DNA of 64,000 nucleotides from Phycisphaerae bacterium (GTDB lineage Bacteria; Planctomycetota; Phycisphaerae; UBA1845): NCBI GenBank assembly GCA_029260215.1, contig JAJDDQ010000039.1, positions 48,313 to 112,312 of the forward strand, read 5' to 3'. Shown piece by piece: positions 36,101 to 45,189 of this stretch (position 1 is its first letter; each line of letters starts with the position of its first letter). The notes under the pieces were generated by a model. It saw only the letters and a program-made list of their open reading frames with translations, ran no database searches and was not told where the DNA came from. The position numbers and the translations under genes were made by a program.

Positions 36101-36130
36101 GCAACCTGTTTCCTGGAAAGGACTTATGCT

Positions 36131-36610
36131 GTGGACGCCGACACGCGTGAAAACATCGCTTCCGCCATCGGGCGTATTCCGAGCGGATTGGGAATCCTGA
36201 CGGCGGCCCACGGCGGGCGCTCGACCGGCATGCTGGCCAGCTGGTTTCAGCAGGTTTCGTTCGAGCCGCTGATGATCGCGGTGTGCGTCAAGACAGGGCG
36301 ACCGATCGCGGACATGATCGGTGAATCGGGCGCGTTCGTCCTGAACATTCTGGGCGAGGATTCGTCGGCGATGCTCAAGCACTTTGGCCAAGGGTTCGCC
36401 CCGGACGAGGACGCCTTCGCCGGGCTGGATATCGACCGCCTCGACGAGGGCGTTCGGTTGAACGATGCGATCGCGTTCGTAGCCTGCGACCATGCCCATG
36501 CCCACGAAACGGGAGACAACCAGCTTTTCGTGGGTTCAGCCGTCGGCGGCGACGGCGATGCCACGCAATCGCCGTACATCCACGTGCGAAAATCAGGTTT
36601 GCATTATTGA
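36131..36610 (+). CDS. Flavin reductase-like FMN-binding domain protein
   Basis: SGLGILTAAHGGRSTGMLASWFQQVSFEPLMIAVCV... is typical of the flavin reductase / HpaC-like family. GTG start. Confidence 0.82.
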   Translation: MDADTRENIASAIGRIPSGLGILTAAHGGRSTGMLASWFQQVSFEPLMIAVCVKTGRPIADMIGESGAFVLNILGEDSSAMLKHFGQGFAPDEDAFAGLDIDRLDEGVRLNDAIAFVACDHAHAHETGDNQLFVGSAVGGDGDATQSPYIHVRKSGLHY

Positions 36611-36660
36611 AGCACATTCTTGAGCACAAATAGCGATTTGCGGTGTCGGTTGTCGTCTGG

Positions 36661-36694
36661 GTCCGCGCGGACTGAAGTCCGCGGCTCGCTGCGT
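36661..36694. repeat. Repeat family E copy 1 (GTCCGCGCGGACTGAAGTCCGCGGCTCGCTGCG)
   Basis: Same sequence at 39091-39118. Inverse-orientation variants at 47481-47513 and 57695-57728. Confidence 0.75.
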
Positions 36695-37217
36695 ATGAAT
36701 CGAAATTATTCTGATCGCGAAGTGTAAAAAGGGCGTGCGGCACCCCGTGTGTATTGGCGCGGTCAAAGGGTGCCGCAGCGAGTGGAAGACAAATTAGCTA
36801 TTGGCAACGGGATTCGTGTCAGAACGGACGAAACCCGGTTTCCGGCTATCGATCGAGGGCGGAACCCCGCCGCGATTTATTATACCAACCTAACCGGAAG
36901 ATTTCCAACCCGACGTTGTGATATCTTTCCAAAAACCGCCGGTCGGGTGCATATTCATCGGACAAGGCGCTCGGCAAACACGACGAATCCTGCGGCTTTG
37001 TTGAAAACAACGAACGCGGCCTGATTTTGGTGGGCCGGCGTACGTAACGCGGATTATCGGATGTTGACATCGCTTTCGGCGGTCTTGAAAGGAGCAACCC
37101 CGGCTCGCGGACGGGAATGCGTGCGTCACGGCAAGTCAATCGCGTCCCCGGATCGACCGATGAAAACGCCATACGGACAACCCGCTCCCGGTTCCCGGTT
37201 TTGGTGAAAGCAACCGC

Positions 37218-38831
37218 ATGAGTGAAGACAGTCGTGCCAAGATACTGCTGGTCGATGACGACAAGGAACTGACGTTCATTCTGCGCGCGCACCTGGTGGC
37301 GGCGGGGTATGCCGTCGAGGAGTACCACGACGCGGAATCCGCCATCAACGCCCTGCCTCGATTCTGCCCCGATATCGTGGTCATGGATTTAGGCCTGCCG
37401 GGCATCGACGGTTTGGAAGCGACACGCCGCATCAAGAACAACCCCGACACGGCTGAGATCGCCATCATCATCGTCACCGCGCGAAGCGATTCGGACCACG
37501 TTGTCCTGGCGCTTGAGGCTGGTGCCCACGAATATGTGGTCAAACCGTTCGATGTGGCGGAGTTGCTCGCGAGGATTCGCACGGTGTACCGCCTGCGCGA
37601 AGCCAGACGCGAGTTGAACCATCTCAACGACGAGTTGGCCAACAAGGTCGAGCAACGTACGGCGCGGCTGCGCTGTCTGTACAACTTCACGAGGTCGCTC
37701 AACGAGGCTGACTCACGCGACGAGATTCTCAACCTGATCATCGAGGCTGTTCGCGAGGCTACGGGCAGCGAGCGTGTTTCGATTCTGCTGAAATCGGCGG
37801 ACGAAACGCACTTTCATTGTGCCAAAGCCACCGGCATCGACGATCACGTGGTGGATTCGATTCGGGTTCCGATCAACGACGGAATTGCCGGAAAGGTTTT
37901 CGCCACCGGCAGAACGTACATCGCCAACACGCTGAGCGACAAGGCTGAGGGTGACGCGCGGTACCATTCCGACAGTTTCATCAGCACGCCGCTGGTTGCG
38001 ACATCGCTGATGACCAGCGAGGAAACGCTGGGCGTCCTGAGCATTACGGACAAGAACGACAACAACAGCTTCGCACCGGACGAGATCGAGTGCATCCGCT
38101 CGATCGCCGACTCGGGGGCCATCGCGCTGCACAACCAGTTACGCCGCGAACGCCTGAGCGAATCGATCAATGTATTGCTGATGACCGTCGGTCGTTTGGC
38201 TGAGTTTCGCGATAACGAAACAGGCAGCCACCTCGAAAGGGTTCGTGAATACGCGAAATTGCTGGCTGAGGAGCTGGCAGCCGACTCGGCCTATTCGAAC
38301 CAGATTACGCAGGAATTCATCAACGATTTGCACCGCGCCGCACCGATGCACGACATTGGCAAGGTGGGAATCCCCGACAACATTCTCTGCAAGCCAGGCA
38401 AGCTCACCGATGAAGAATTCACGCTGATGAAAGAGCACAGCCGGATCGGTCGGGACGTGCTGGACTCCGCGATGGCGAAAACCGGACCTGTGCCGATCCT
38501 GCGCATGTGCTCCGAGATTGCGGGCAGTCATCACGAGCGTTTCGACGGGCGCGGCTACCCCAACGGGATTTCGGGGGAGGACATTCCGCTTTCGGCCCGG
38601 ATCATTGCGCTTGTTGATGCGTACGACGCGATCACGAGCAAGCGACGTTACAAGACTGCGACGGATCATGATCGCGGCGTTGAGATCGTCCGCTCCGAAA
38701 GCGGCAAGCACTTCGACCCGAACCTGATCGAGCCGTTTCTGCGCTGCGCCGATCGCTTTGACGAGATACGCCGCCTTCACAACGACGAAGACGCAAGCCT
38801 GCCCGCTCCCGCACTTGCCCACGCAGACTGA
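37218..38831 (+). CDS. Response regulator with REC - GAF - HD-GYP domains (probable c-di-GMP phosphodiesterase)
   Basis: REC (ILLVDDD...VVMDLGLPGIDG...KPF), a GAF-like middle region, and an HD-GYP domain (HDIGKVGIP..., HHERFDGRGYP). Confidence 0.93.
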   Translation: MSEDSRAKILLVDDDKELTFILRAHLVAAGYAVEEYHDAESAINALPRFCPDIVVMDLGLPGIDGLEATRRIKNNPDTAEIAIIIVTARSDSDHVVLALEAGAHEYVVKPFDVAELLARIRTVYRLREARRELNHLNDELANKVEQRTARLRCLYNFTRSLNEADSRDEILNLIIEAVREATGSERVSILLKSADETHFHCAKATGIDDHVVDSIRVPINDGIAGKVFATGRTYIANTLSDKAEGDARYHSDSFISTPLVATSLMTSEETLGVLSITDKNDNNSFAPDEIECIRSIADSGAIALHNQLRRERLSESINVLLMTVGRLAEFRDNETGSHLERVREYAKLLAEELAADSAYSNQITQEFINDLHRAAPMHDIGKVGIPDNILCKPGKLTDEEFTLMKEHSRIGRDVLDSAMAKTGPVPILRMCSEIAGSHHERFDGRGYPNGISGEDIPLSARIIALVDAYDAITSKRRYKTATDHDRGVEIVRSESGKHFDPNLIEPFLRCADRFDEIRRLHNDEDASLPAPALAHAD

Positions 38832-39009
38832 GAAAAGGGGTCGGGAGTCGTTTCTTGGAACTTCCCGTATTCTGGATGTATTCCCCTCCGCCGATCCCTC
38901 CGCCCGAACGTCCCGATATCACCCCCCGATAAGAACACCCCGTTCCCACGCACGGAACTGACTCAGCTTGCCCCGGCTGGATCTCGACACATCCTCGTAA
39001 GTTCGCGGG

Positions 39010-39199
39010 TAACAGGTCAGCAATCTGCACTGGCGATGCTTCGGCATGGAGGCGTGCAGGTTGAGAATAATGTTGGATGGGCTTGGGGGCGTCCGCGCGG
39101 ACTGAAGTCCGCGGCTCGTGGGATGCATTCAAAGACCGTGTAGAATACGGGCGAACGCGGTCCTCGAGTGGATTGGCATTGCACACGGCTGACCTGTTA
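39010..39199. mobile_element. MITE-like element with perfect 12-bp terminal inverted repeats, carrying a family E hairpin
   Basis: TAACAGGTCAGC at 39010-39021 and its exact inverse GCTGACCTGTTA at 39188-39199. The subterminal TTGGCATTGCACACGGCTGA matches the end of the element at 58228-58248. The interior contains E copy 2 (39091-39118). Confidence 0.6.
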
Positions 39200-39297
39200 T
39201 GTTTGCGGTATCGCTTTCAGAATTGAAGGGACATGATCCTTTGGGTATGATGGTGGTTGGGGTGCTTTGGGAAGAGTGGTTACAAGGGGAGCGCAAG

Positions 39298-42200
39298 ATG
39301 CTGTTATTACCAAGATCGTTGAGCACGTTTGCTGTTGCACTGGCTGTTTGCGCGTCCATCGCGGCTGCTCGCGAGCCGGAGAAATTCGTCGCATTGAGTC
39401 AGTCGGCCAACAATATGCTGGGGCTTCGGGCCAGCCGAGTTGTGGAGCTGGACGTGGCTGCGAATCCTGGTCAGTCGTTCTCGCTTTCGGTTCCGCTGGA
39501 CGGTCGTCAGGTCACGCTCGACCTGGCTCCTCACTCCGTACGCTCGGCGGATCATTATCGCGTGATGGTTCAACAGGCCGACGGCAAACTCGTCGAGGCT
39601 AAGACGGGGCCTGTGCGGACATTGCGCGGCACGGTGCAGGGTCAGCCGGGCAGTGTCGTCGCGGGATCGTTGCTGAAAGACGGCTTGTACGCACTGGTTC
39701 AACTCACGCCCGACGCTGAGTATTGGATCGAACCGCTCTTCCGACGGGTCGATGGAGCGTCGCGCCGGCACTATGTCTTGTACCGCAAAACCGACGTTCT
39801 GCCGGGAGGACATTCCTGCGCCACGGAAGCGAGACAAGCAGCCGTCGGTATTCCGCAACAACCGCAGGAGCTTGGCGGTTGCGGGGGCGGCGGTGTGTGT
39901 GTGGCTGAGCTGGCGTGCGACGCCGATGTGGAATACTTCAACACCTACGGCACGGTTCCGGCCACCGAGGCGCGGATCAACGCCGTGATCAACACGGTCA
40001 ACCTGCAATACGAAAGTCAGGTCGGCATCACGCATCAGATCACGACCATCATCGTGCGCACTGCCAATCCCGACCCTTACACCTCGACGGATGCTGAAAC
40101 ACGTCTATGCGAGTTCATCACTGAGTGGACCAATAACCAAAGCGGCGTGCAGCGCGACATGGCTCAATTGTTCACTGGAGCAGTCATAGACGGGACCACC
40201 ATCGGAATCGCCGCGGACATTGGCGGCTCGGGCGTGTGTGTAACCAGTGGAGCTTGTACCGGCGGACCTTTCGGACCGCTGGGTTCATATTGTATGTCGC
40301 AGTCTGATTTCAACGGCAACTTCAGTTGCGCGACCGATTTGAGCACCCACGAGATGGGCCATCTCTGGGGGGCGTTCCACTGTTCCTGTCCCAGCAACAC
40401 GATGAACGCCAGCATTACCTGTACGAACACGTTCACTGCCGGCTCGATTTCATCGATCGTGTCCTATCGCGATACGCGTACCTGCCTGACCAGCGGCGCC
40501 GGCTGCACCAAGGATTGCCTGCCGGGACACATACCGGAGGCTGAACCGATTTGCGGTACGAACTACGACGACGTCACCAACGGCGGCTGCAATTCCACAG
40601 TGCCGATATGGTCGCCCATCGGACTGAGCGCGGTCGTTTGCGGGGAGTCCGGCACGTATCTACGCGATATTTCCTGTGTCGACGATACGCCATGTACACC
40701 GTTCGGACAGACGTGCAACACGGGCACCGGCATCTGCAACGGCGGTCCGTTCGGCAGCCGAGACACAGACTGGTGGCAGTTTACGCTGACCGAAGCCCAC
40801 GAAGTCAACCTGTGCGTAACGGGGGAGTTCCCTGTATTGGTGGGTATTGTTGACGATGGCGGCGGTGCCGACTGCGCGGGTGCCGCCTTCCTAAGCTCCA
40901 ATTCAGGATTCGGATGTGTGGAGGTATGCGCGACGGCCGACCTGACGGCCGGGACATGGACAGCGTTCGTAAGCCCGAACACATTTGACAGTGTGGCCTG
41001 CGGGTCCACGTACAATGCGGAAGTCCGCTGCGACAGTGCCAACGGAACCCCAACGACTTATCAAGCGACTGTGAACCAGGGTATTCCGGACGGAAGCCCG
41101 GGCACGCCGCTGACACATACCATCAACGTTCCCGATTCGGTAACGATCGGCGACCTCGATGTCGCATTGGTCATCACACACACGTGGGTCGGCGACCTGA
41201 CTGTGACACTGGAACATTTGGGCACGAGTGTATCGCTCATCAGTCGCCCAGGCCTGCCCGACATCGACCCCAGCTTCGGCTGCTCGGGCGACGACTACAA
41301 CATTGTGCTGGACGACGGCGGAACCGGTGGCCCGATCCAGGATCTGTGCGCTGCCACCCTGCCGCCCTCTCCGCCGAACTACAGCCCGGACAAGATACTG
41401 TCGGCCTTCGACGGCATGGACTCTGCCGGCGACTGGACCATCACCATTGCAGATTCCGCCATGCCGGACCCCGGCACGCTGGTTGAATGGTCTTTGCTCA
41501 TTGACAGCCAGGTCGCCAACCCTTGCACTCAGAACCTGTGCGCCAGCGTGGATTGTACATCGCTGGACAACGACTGTGCGGTCGGCGTTTGTGATCCTGC
41601 GAACGGGCTTTGCGTTCAGGATACAGCCAGTTTTGCCGGAGTGGAGTGTCGTGCTTCCGCAGGCCAATGCGACACGGCGGAGACTTGCGACGGCTTGAAT
41701 GCGACATGTCCGCCAGATCAGTTCGCGACCGGGCCTTGCGACGACGGCAACGCCTGCACACAGACTGACACCTGCCAAGCCGGCGTATGCACCGGAAGCA
41801 ACCCGGTGGTCTGCACACCGCTCGACCAATGCCACGTGGCGGGAACCTGTGATACGGGTACAGGTCTGTGCGATGATCCGTTCGCGGCGAATGGAACAGG
41901 CTGCAATGACAATAACGCTTGCACGCAAACTGACATATGCCAAGCGGGCATATGTACCGGAAGCAACCCGGTAACTTGCACGGCACTGGATCAATGCCAT
42001 GTAGCCGGAAATTGCGATACAGTCACGGGCCTATGCGATGATCCATTCGCGCCCAACGGAACAGGCTGTGACGACAGCGACGCCTGCACACAAACGGATA
42101 CGTGCCAAGCGGGCGTATGCGCCGGAAGCAACCCGGTGATCTGCACACCACTTAACCAATGTCACGTGGCCGGAACTTGCGATACCGTCACAGGACTGTG

Positions 42201-44217
42201 CGAGGATCCGTTCGCGGCGAATGGAACGGGTTGCAATGACAACAATGCCTGCACGCAGACTGACGCATGTCAAACCGGAGTATGCGTTGGAAGCAACCCG
42301 ATAACTTGCACGCTGCTCGATCAATGCCACGTAGCCGGAACCTGCGATACGGTCACAGGCTTATGCGACGACCCGTTCGCGCCAAACGGAACAGGCTGTA
42401 ATGACAACAATGCCTGTACGCAGACGGACGCATGCCAAGCGGGCATATGTACCGGAAGCAATCCCGTAATCTGCACGCCACTGGATCAATGCCACGTAGC
42501 CGGAACCTGCGATACGGTCACAGGCTTATGCGACGACCCGTTCGCAGCGAATGGAACGGGTTGCAATGACAACAACGCCTGCATGCAGACTGACGCGTGT
42601 CAAGCGGGCGTATGTACCGGAAGCAACCCCGTAATCTGCACGCCACTGGATCAATGCCACGTCGCCGGAACGTGCGATACCGTCACCGGATTATGCGATG
42701 ATCCGTTCGCGCCGAATGGGACGGGCTGCAATGACAATGATGCCTGCACTCAGACAGACGAATGTCAGACCGGAGTATGCACTGGAAGAAACTCCGTGGT
42801 CTGCACACCGCTCGATCAGTGTCACGCAGCTGGAACGTGCGACACAATCACGGGTCTATGCGACAATCCGTTCGTGCCTAATGGAACAGGCTGCGATGAC
42901 AGCGACGTCTGCACGCAGACAGACGAATGCCAAGCCGGGCAATGCACCGGAAGCAACACGATAATCTGCACGCCGCTCGACCAATGTCACGTCGCCGGCA
43001 CATGCGATACAGTCACAGGCCTGTGCGACGATCCATTCGCAACCGACGGAACGGGCTGCGACGATGGCGACCTCTGCACTCAAAACGCGACGTGCTCCGG
43101 CGGATCGTGCGGCGGTGGTACGCCGGTCTCCTGCCCGCCCGACCAGCTTTGCGACCCCGGCGACGGGCAGTGCAAGGAGTGCTTGCAGGACACCGATTGC
43201 GCCACGAACGAAATGTGCGACATCAAGCTCGGCACATGCTTTGGCCTATGCACGACTTCGGATGAGTGTGCCGATCTGATCGACAATCTCACGGGCATGC
43301 CGCCCGCCGACGCAGTCCGGGACGACGCCTGTTTATGGTGGTCGTGCGGCGGGGGAACGTGCAGCAACGATCCAGCACAGCCCTGCGACATCGATGGCGA
43401 TTGCGGTGCGGGCAACTCCTGCACACCGGGCGTAGCCAACACCTGCACATCGTTCGCCCTGGCTGAGCCATCCGACATGGGCAGCCCGTTTAACAACTGC
43501 GAGCCGGACGGCTTCTGCAACAATTCGGACGTCAACCACGCTTTGTTGTGCTTCGCAGCGTCATCGCCTTGCGAAAAAATCAACATCGATGCCGGCGGAC
43601 CGTTCAGCGATTGCAACCCCGACGGATTCTGCAACCTGTTCGACGCCAACCACGCGCTGGCATGCTTTGCCAACCAAAGCCCCTGCGATTGCTCCGGCGG
43701 CCCCGCCCCGCAGATCGGCTCCAACACAGTGGCACAAGTGACCTTAACCGCCCGAATTTCGGAGCGTACGGTGCGACCGGGCCAAGTGTTTCAGGTCAAT
43801 GTGTTCATTGATGGCCCGCTCGACGCATTGCAAAGCTATCAGTTGCACACAGCCGTCACCGGAGGAAGCCGGGGGCGATTCGATCTCGTCGATGTGTCCA
43901 TCGAAGATCGAGGTGACCACGTGTTCGCGGGGCAAGCGAGCCAATTCGACGCGTTCAACATCGGAACGAGTCAGATGATCGGTGCGATGTACGGCGGTTT
44001 TGTCGACACGCCTCGAAGCGCGTACCTCGCGACGTTCACCTACGAGGCCTCCACGGACGCGAGCGGAACATTCGTCATCGATGTCTTGCACGACGAAACC
44101 GCCGGCGATCAGACATTCCTGATCGGTGCCAACTATCGCGACCGGATCGAAGTAACTCAGACCAAACCGGCCATCGTATTCGTCAATCCGGGAACAACGG
44201 AGGCTATCCGCCGTTAG
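39298..44217 (+). CDS. Secreted multidomain reprolysin/ADAM-like metzincin with P-domain, 8.5 Cys-rich 55-aa repeats, dockerin-like segments and a C-terminal cohesin-like domain
   Basis: Start at ATG 39298 (AGGGGAG SD; signal peptide MLLLPRSLSTFAVALAVCASIAAA). Metzincin motif HEMGHLWGAFH. Proprotein-convertase P-domain (DVALVITHTWVGDLTVTLEHLGT...GDWTITIADS...GTLVEWSLLI). Repeats of the type CxDxNACTQTDxCQAGxCTGSNPVxCTPLDQCHVAGTCDTVTGLCDDPFAxNGTG. Two CxPDGFCNxxDxNHALxCF segments. Confidence 0.9.
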   Translation: MLLLPRSLSTFAVALAVCASIAAAREPEKFVALSQSANNMLGLRASRVVELDVAANPGQSFSLSVPLDGRQVTLDLAPHSVRSADHYRVMVQQADGKLVEAKTGPVRTLRGTVQGQPGSVVAGSLLKDGLYALVQLTPDAEYWIEPLFRRVDGASRRHYVLYRKTDVLPGGHSCATEARQAAVGIPQQPQELGGCGGGGVCVAELACDADVEYFNTYGTVPATEARINAVINTVNLQYESQVGITHQITTIIVRTANPDPYTSTDAETRLCEFITEWTNNQSGVQRDMAQLFTGAVIDGTTIGIAADIGGSGVCVTSGACTGGPFGPLGSYCMSQSDFNGNFSCATDLSTHEMGHLWGAFHCSCPSNTMNASITCTNTFTAGSISSIVSYRDTRTCLTSGAGCTKDCLPGHIPEAEPICGTNYDDVTNGGCNSTVPIWSPIGLSAVVCGESGTYLRDISCVDDTPCTPFGQTCNTGTGICNGGPFGSRDTDWWQFTLTEAHEVNLCVTGEFPVLVGIVDDGGGADCAGAAFLSSNSGFGCVEVCATADLTAGTWTAFVSPNTFDSVACGSTYNAEVRCDSANGTPTTYQATVNQGIPDGSPGTPLTHTINVPDSVTIGDLDVALVITHTWVGDLTVTLEHLGTSVSLISRPGLPDIDPSFGCSGDDYNIVLDDGGTGGPIQDLCAATLPPSPPNYSPDKILSAFDGMDSAGDWTITIADSAMPDPGTLVEWSLLIDSQVANPCTQNLCASVDCTSLDNDCAVGVCDPANGLCVQDTASFAGVECRASAGQCDTAETCDGLNATCPPDQFATGPCDDGNACTQTDTCQAGVCTGSNPVVCTPLDQCHVAGTCDTGTGLCDDPFAANGTGCNDNNACTQTDICQAGICTGSNPVTCTALDQCHVAGNCDTVTGLCDDPFAPNGTGCDDSDACTQTDTCQAGVCAGSNPVICTPLNQCHVAGTCDTVTGLCEDPFAANGTGCNDNNACTQTDACQTGVCVGSNPITCTLLDQCHVAGTCDTVTGLCDDPFAPNGTGCNDNNACTQTDACQAGICTGSNPVICTPLDQCHVAGTCDTVTGLCDDPFAANGTGCNDNNACMQTDACQAGVCTGSNPVICTPLDQCHVAGTCDTVTGLCDDPFAPNGTGCNDNDACTQTDECQTGVCTGRNSVVCTPLDQCHAAGTCDTITGLCDNPFVPNGTGCDDSDVCTQTDECQAGQCTGSNTIICTPLDQCHVAGTCDTVTGLCDDPFATDGTGCDDGDLCTQNATCSGGSCGGGTPVSCPPDQLCDPGDGQCKECLQDTDCATNEMCDIKLGTCFGLCTTSDECADLIDNLTGMPPADAVRDDACLWWSCGGGTCSNDPAQPCDIDGDCGAGNSCTPGVANTCTSFALAEPSDMGSPFNNCEPDGFCNNSDVNHALLCFAASSPCEKINIDAGGPFSDCNPDGFCNLFDANHALACFANQSPCDCSGGPAPQIGSNTVAQVTLTARISERTVRPGQVFQVNVFIDGPLDALQSYQLHTAVTGGSRGRFDLVDVSIEDRGDHVFAGQASQFDAFNIGTSQMIGAMYGGFVDTPRSAYLATFTYEASTDASGTFVIDVLHDETAGDQTFLIGANYRDRIEVTQTKPAIVFVNPGTTEAIRR
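41737..43110 (+). repeat. In-frame tandem repeat, 165-bp unit x about 8.5
   Basis: Period verified by a 62-nt perfect identity between 42319-42380 and 42484-42545 (offset exactly 165). Each unit encodes 55 aa with 8 Cys. Confidence 0.92.
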
Positions 44218-44273
44218 ATTCGGTAGGATTCCGATCTTCAAACGCGTACCGCGGGGATCGAGCGACACGGAAG

Positions 44274-45182
44274 ATGACTGACACAACAGCCCAAAACCAG
44301 CTGGACCAGGCGACGACGCTGGCGAAGATGGCGAAGGACGAAGACCTCGGCGATGGAGATGTTACCTCGGGGCTGATCGATCCCGCCACGAGGGGAACGT
44401 TCGCACTGGCGGCGCGACAGCGGGGAGTCTTCGCGGGACGGGAAATCGTCCCAGCCGTTCTCGCTGCCTACGGCGAGTCGATTCAAACGGAGTGGACCGA
44501 CCGGGGGCGCGACGGCGAAACCATTGGTCAGGACGCGTCCGCGATCCTCACGCTGAGCGGCCCGGTGCGCGACGTGCTGACCATCGAGCGCGTCCTGCTC
44601 AATTTCCTGCAACGACTATGCGGCATCGCGACGCTCACGCGGGCCTACGTTGATGCGGTCGCCGGAACCGACGCGAAAATCTTCGACACGCGCAAGACGA
44701 CGCCCGGCTGGCGACACCTCGAAAAATACGCGGTACGCTGCGGCGGCGGCTTCAATCACCGCATGGGCCTGTACGACGCGGTGCTCATCAAGGACAACCA
44801 CCTCGCTGGCATACCAGCCGATCGACTGGCTGGCATTGTGTTTGGATTACTGAATCAGCTCACCGCCGAGACGGGCGAGGCAGCCCGATCGACCATCAAG
44901 TTCGTCGAGGTGGAGGCCGACACATTGGAGCAGGTTGAGGCGTTGCTGTCGGTCGTCGGAATCGATGTCATCCTGCTGGACAACTTCTCTCCCGACCGAC
45001 TGCGCGAAGCCGTGACCTTGCGAGACGGAATGAATTTACGGGGTCGCGTTGCGCTGGAAGCGTCGGGCGGCATCACGCTGGCCACCGCGCGTTCGGTCGC
45101 GGAAACGGGTATCGATCGCATCTCCGTCGGTGCCATCACACACTCCGCCCCGTCACTCGATCTGGGGCTGGATGCGCTTTGA
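44274..45182 (+). CDS. nadC: Nicotinate-nucleotide pyrophosphorylase (quinolinate phosphoribosyltransferase)
   Basis: ERVLLNFLQRLCGIATLT, DTRKTTPGWR, EKYAVRCGGGFNHR, LIKDNH, LDNF, ASGGI. Confidence 0.95.
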   Translation: MTDTTAQNQLDQATTLAKMAKDEDLGDGDVTSGLIDPATRGTFALAARQRGVFAGREIVPAVLAAYGESIQTEWTDRGRDGETIGQDASAILTLSGPVRDVLTIERVLLNFLQRLCGIATLTRAYVDAVAGTDAKIFDTRKTTPGWRHLEKYAVRCGGGFNHRMGLYDAVLIKDNHLAGIPADRLAGIVFGLLNQLTAETGEAARSTIKFVEVEADTLEQVEALLSVVGIDVILLDNFSPDRLREAVTLRDGMNLRGRVALEASGGITLATARSVAETGIDRISVGAITHSAPSLDLGLDAL

Positions 45183-45189
45183 GCGCACA

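Noticed and set aside
36095-36115. GGCAACCTGTTTCC between the DUF77 and flavin reductase genes as another MITE terminus.
   Set aside because: Only a 9/12 half-site is present, with no partner inverted repeat within 300 bp. It is probably a chance match.
36611-37217. Possible c-di-GMP riboswitch or another riboswitch in the 600-nt leader of the HD-GYP regulator gene.
   Set aside because: I could find only a GGCAAAC fragment. I found none of the other conserved GEMM-I/II elements or paired helices by eye. This cannot be supported without an Infernal scan.
39199-39297. ORF-track start (39199) of the large metzincin gene.
   Set aside because: Codon 1 lies inside the terminal inverted repeat of the MITE-like element. 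A canonical signal peptide with an SD begins at ATG 39298.
41737-43110. Regular 165-bp repeats, and the 18-bp array at 15018-15095, considered as a CRISPR array.
   Set aside because: There are no unique spacers between repeats. The 165-bp array is in frame inside a large ORF with conserved Cys spacing. The 18-bp array has no spacers at all. No cas genes are in the window.
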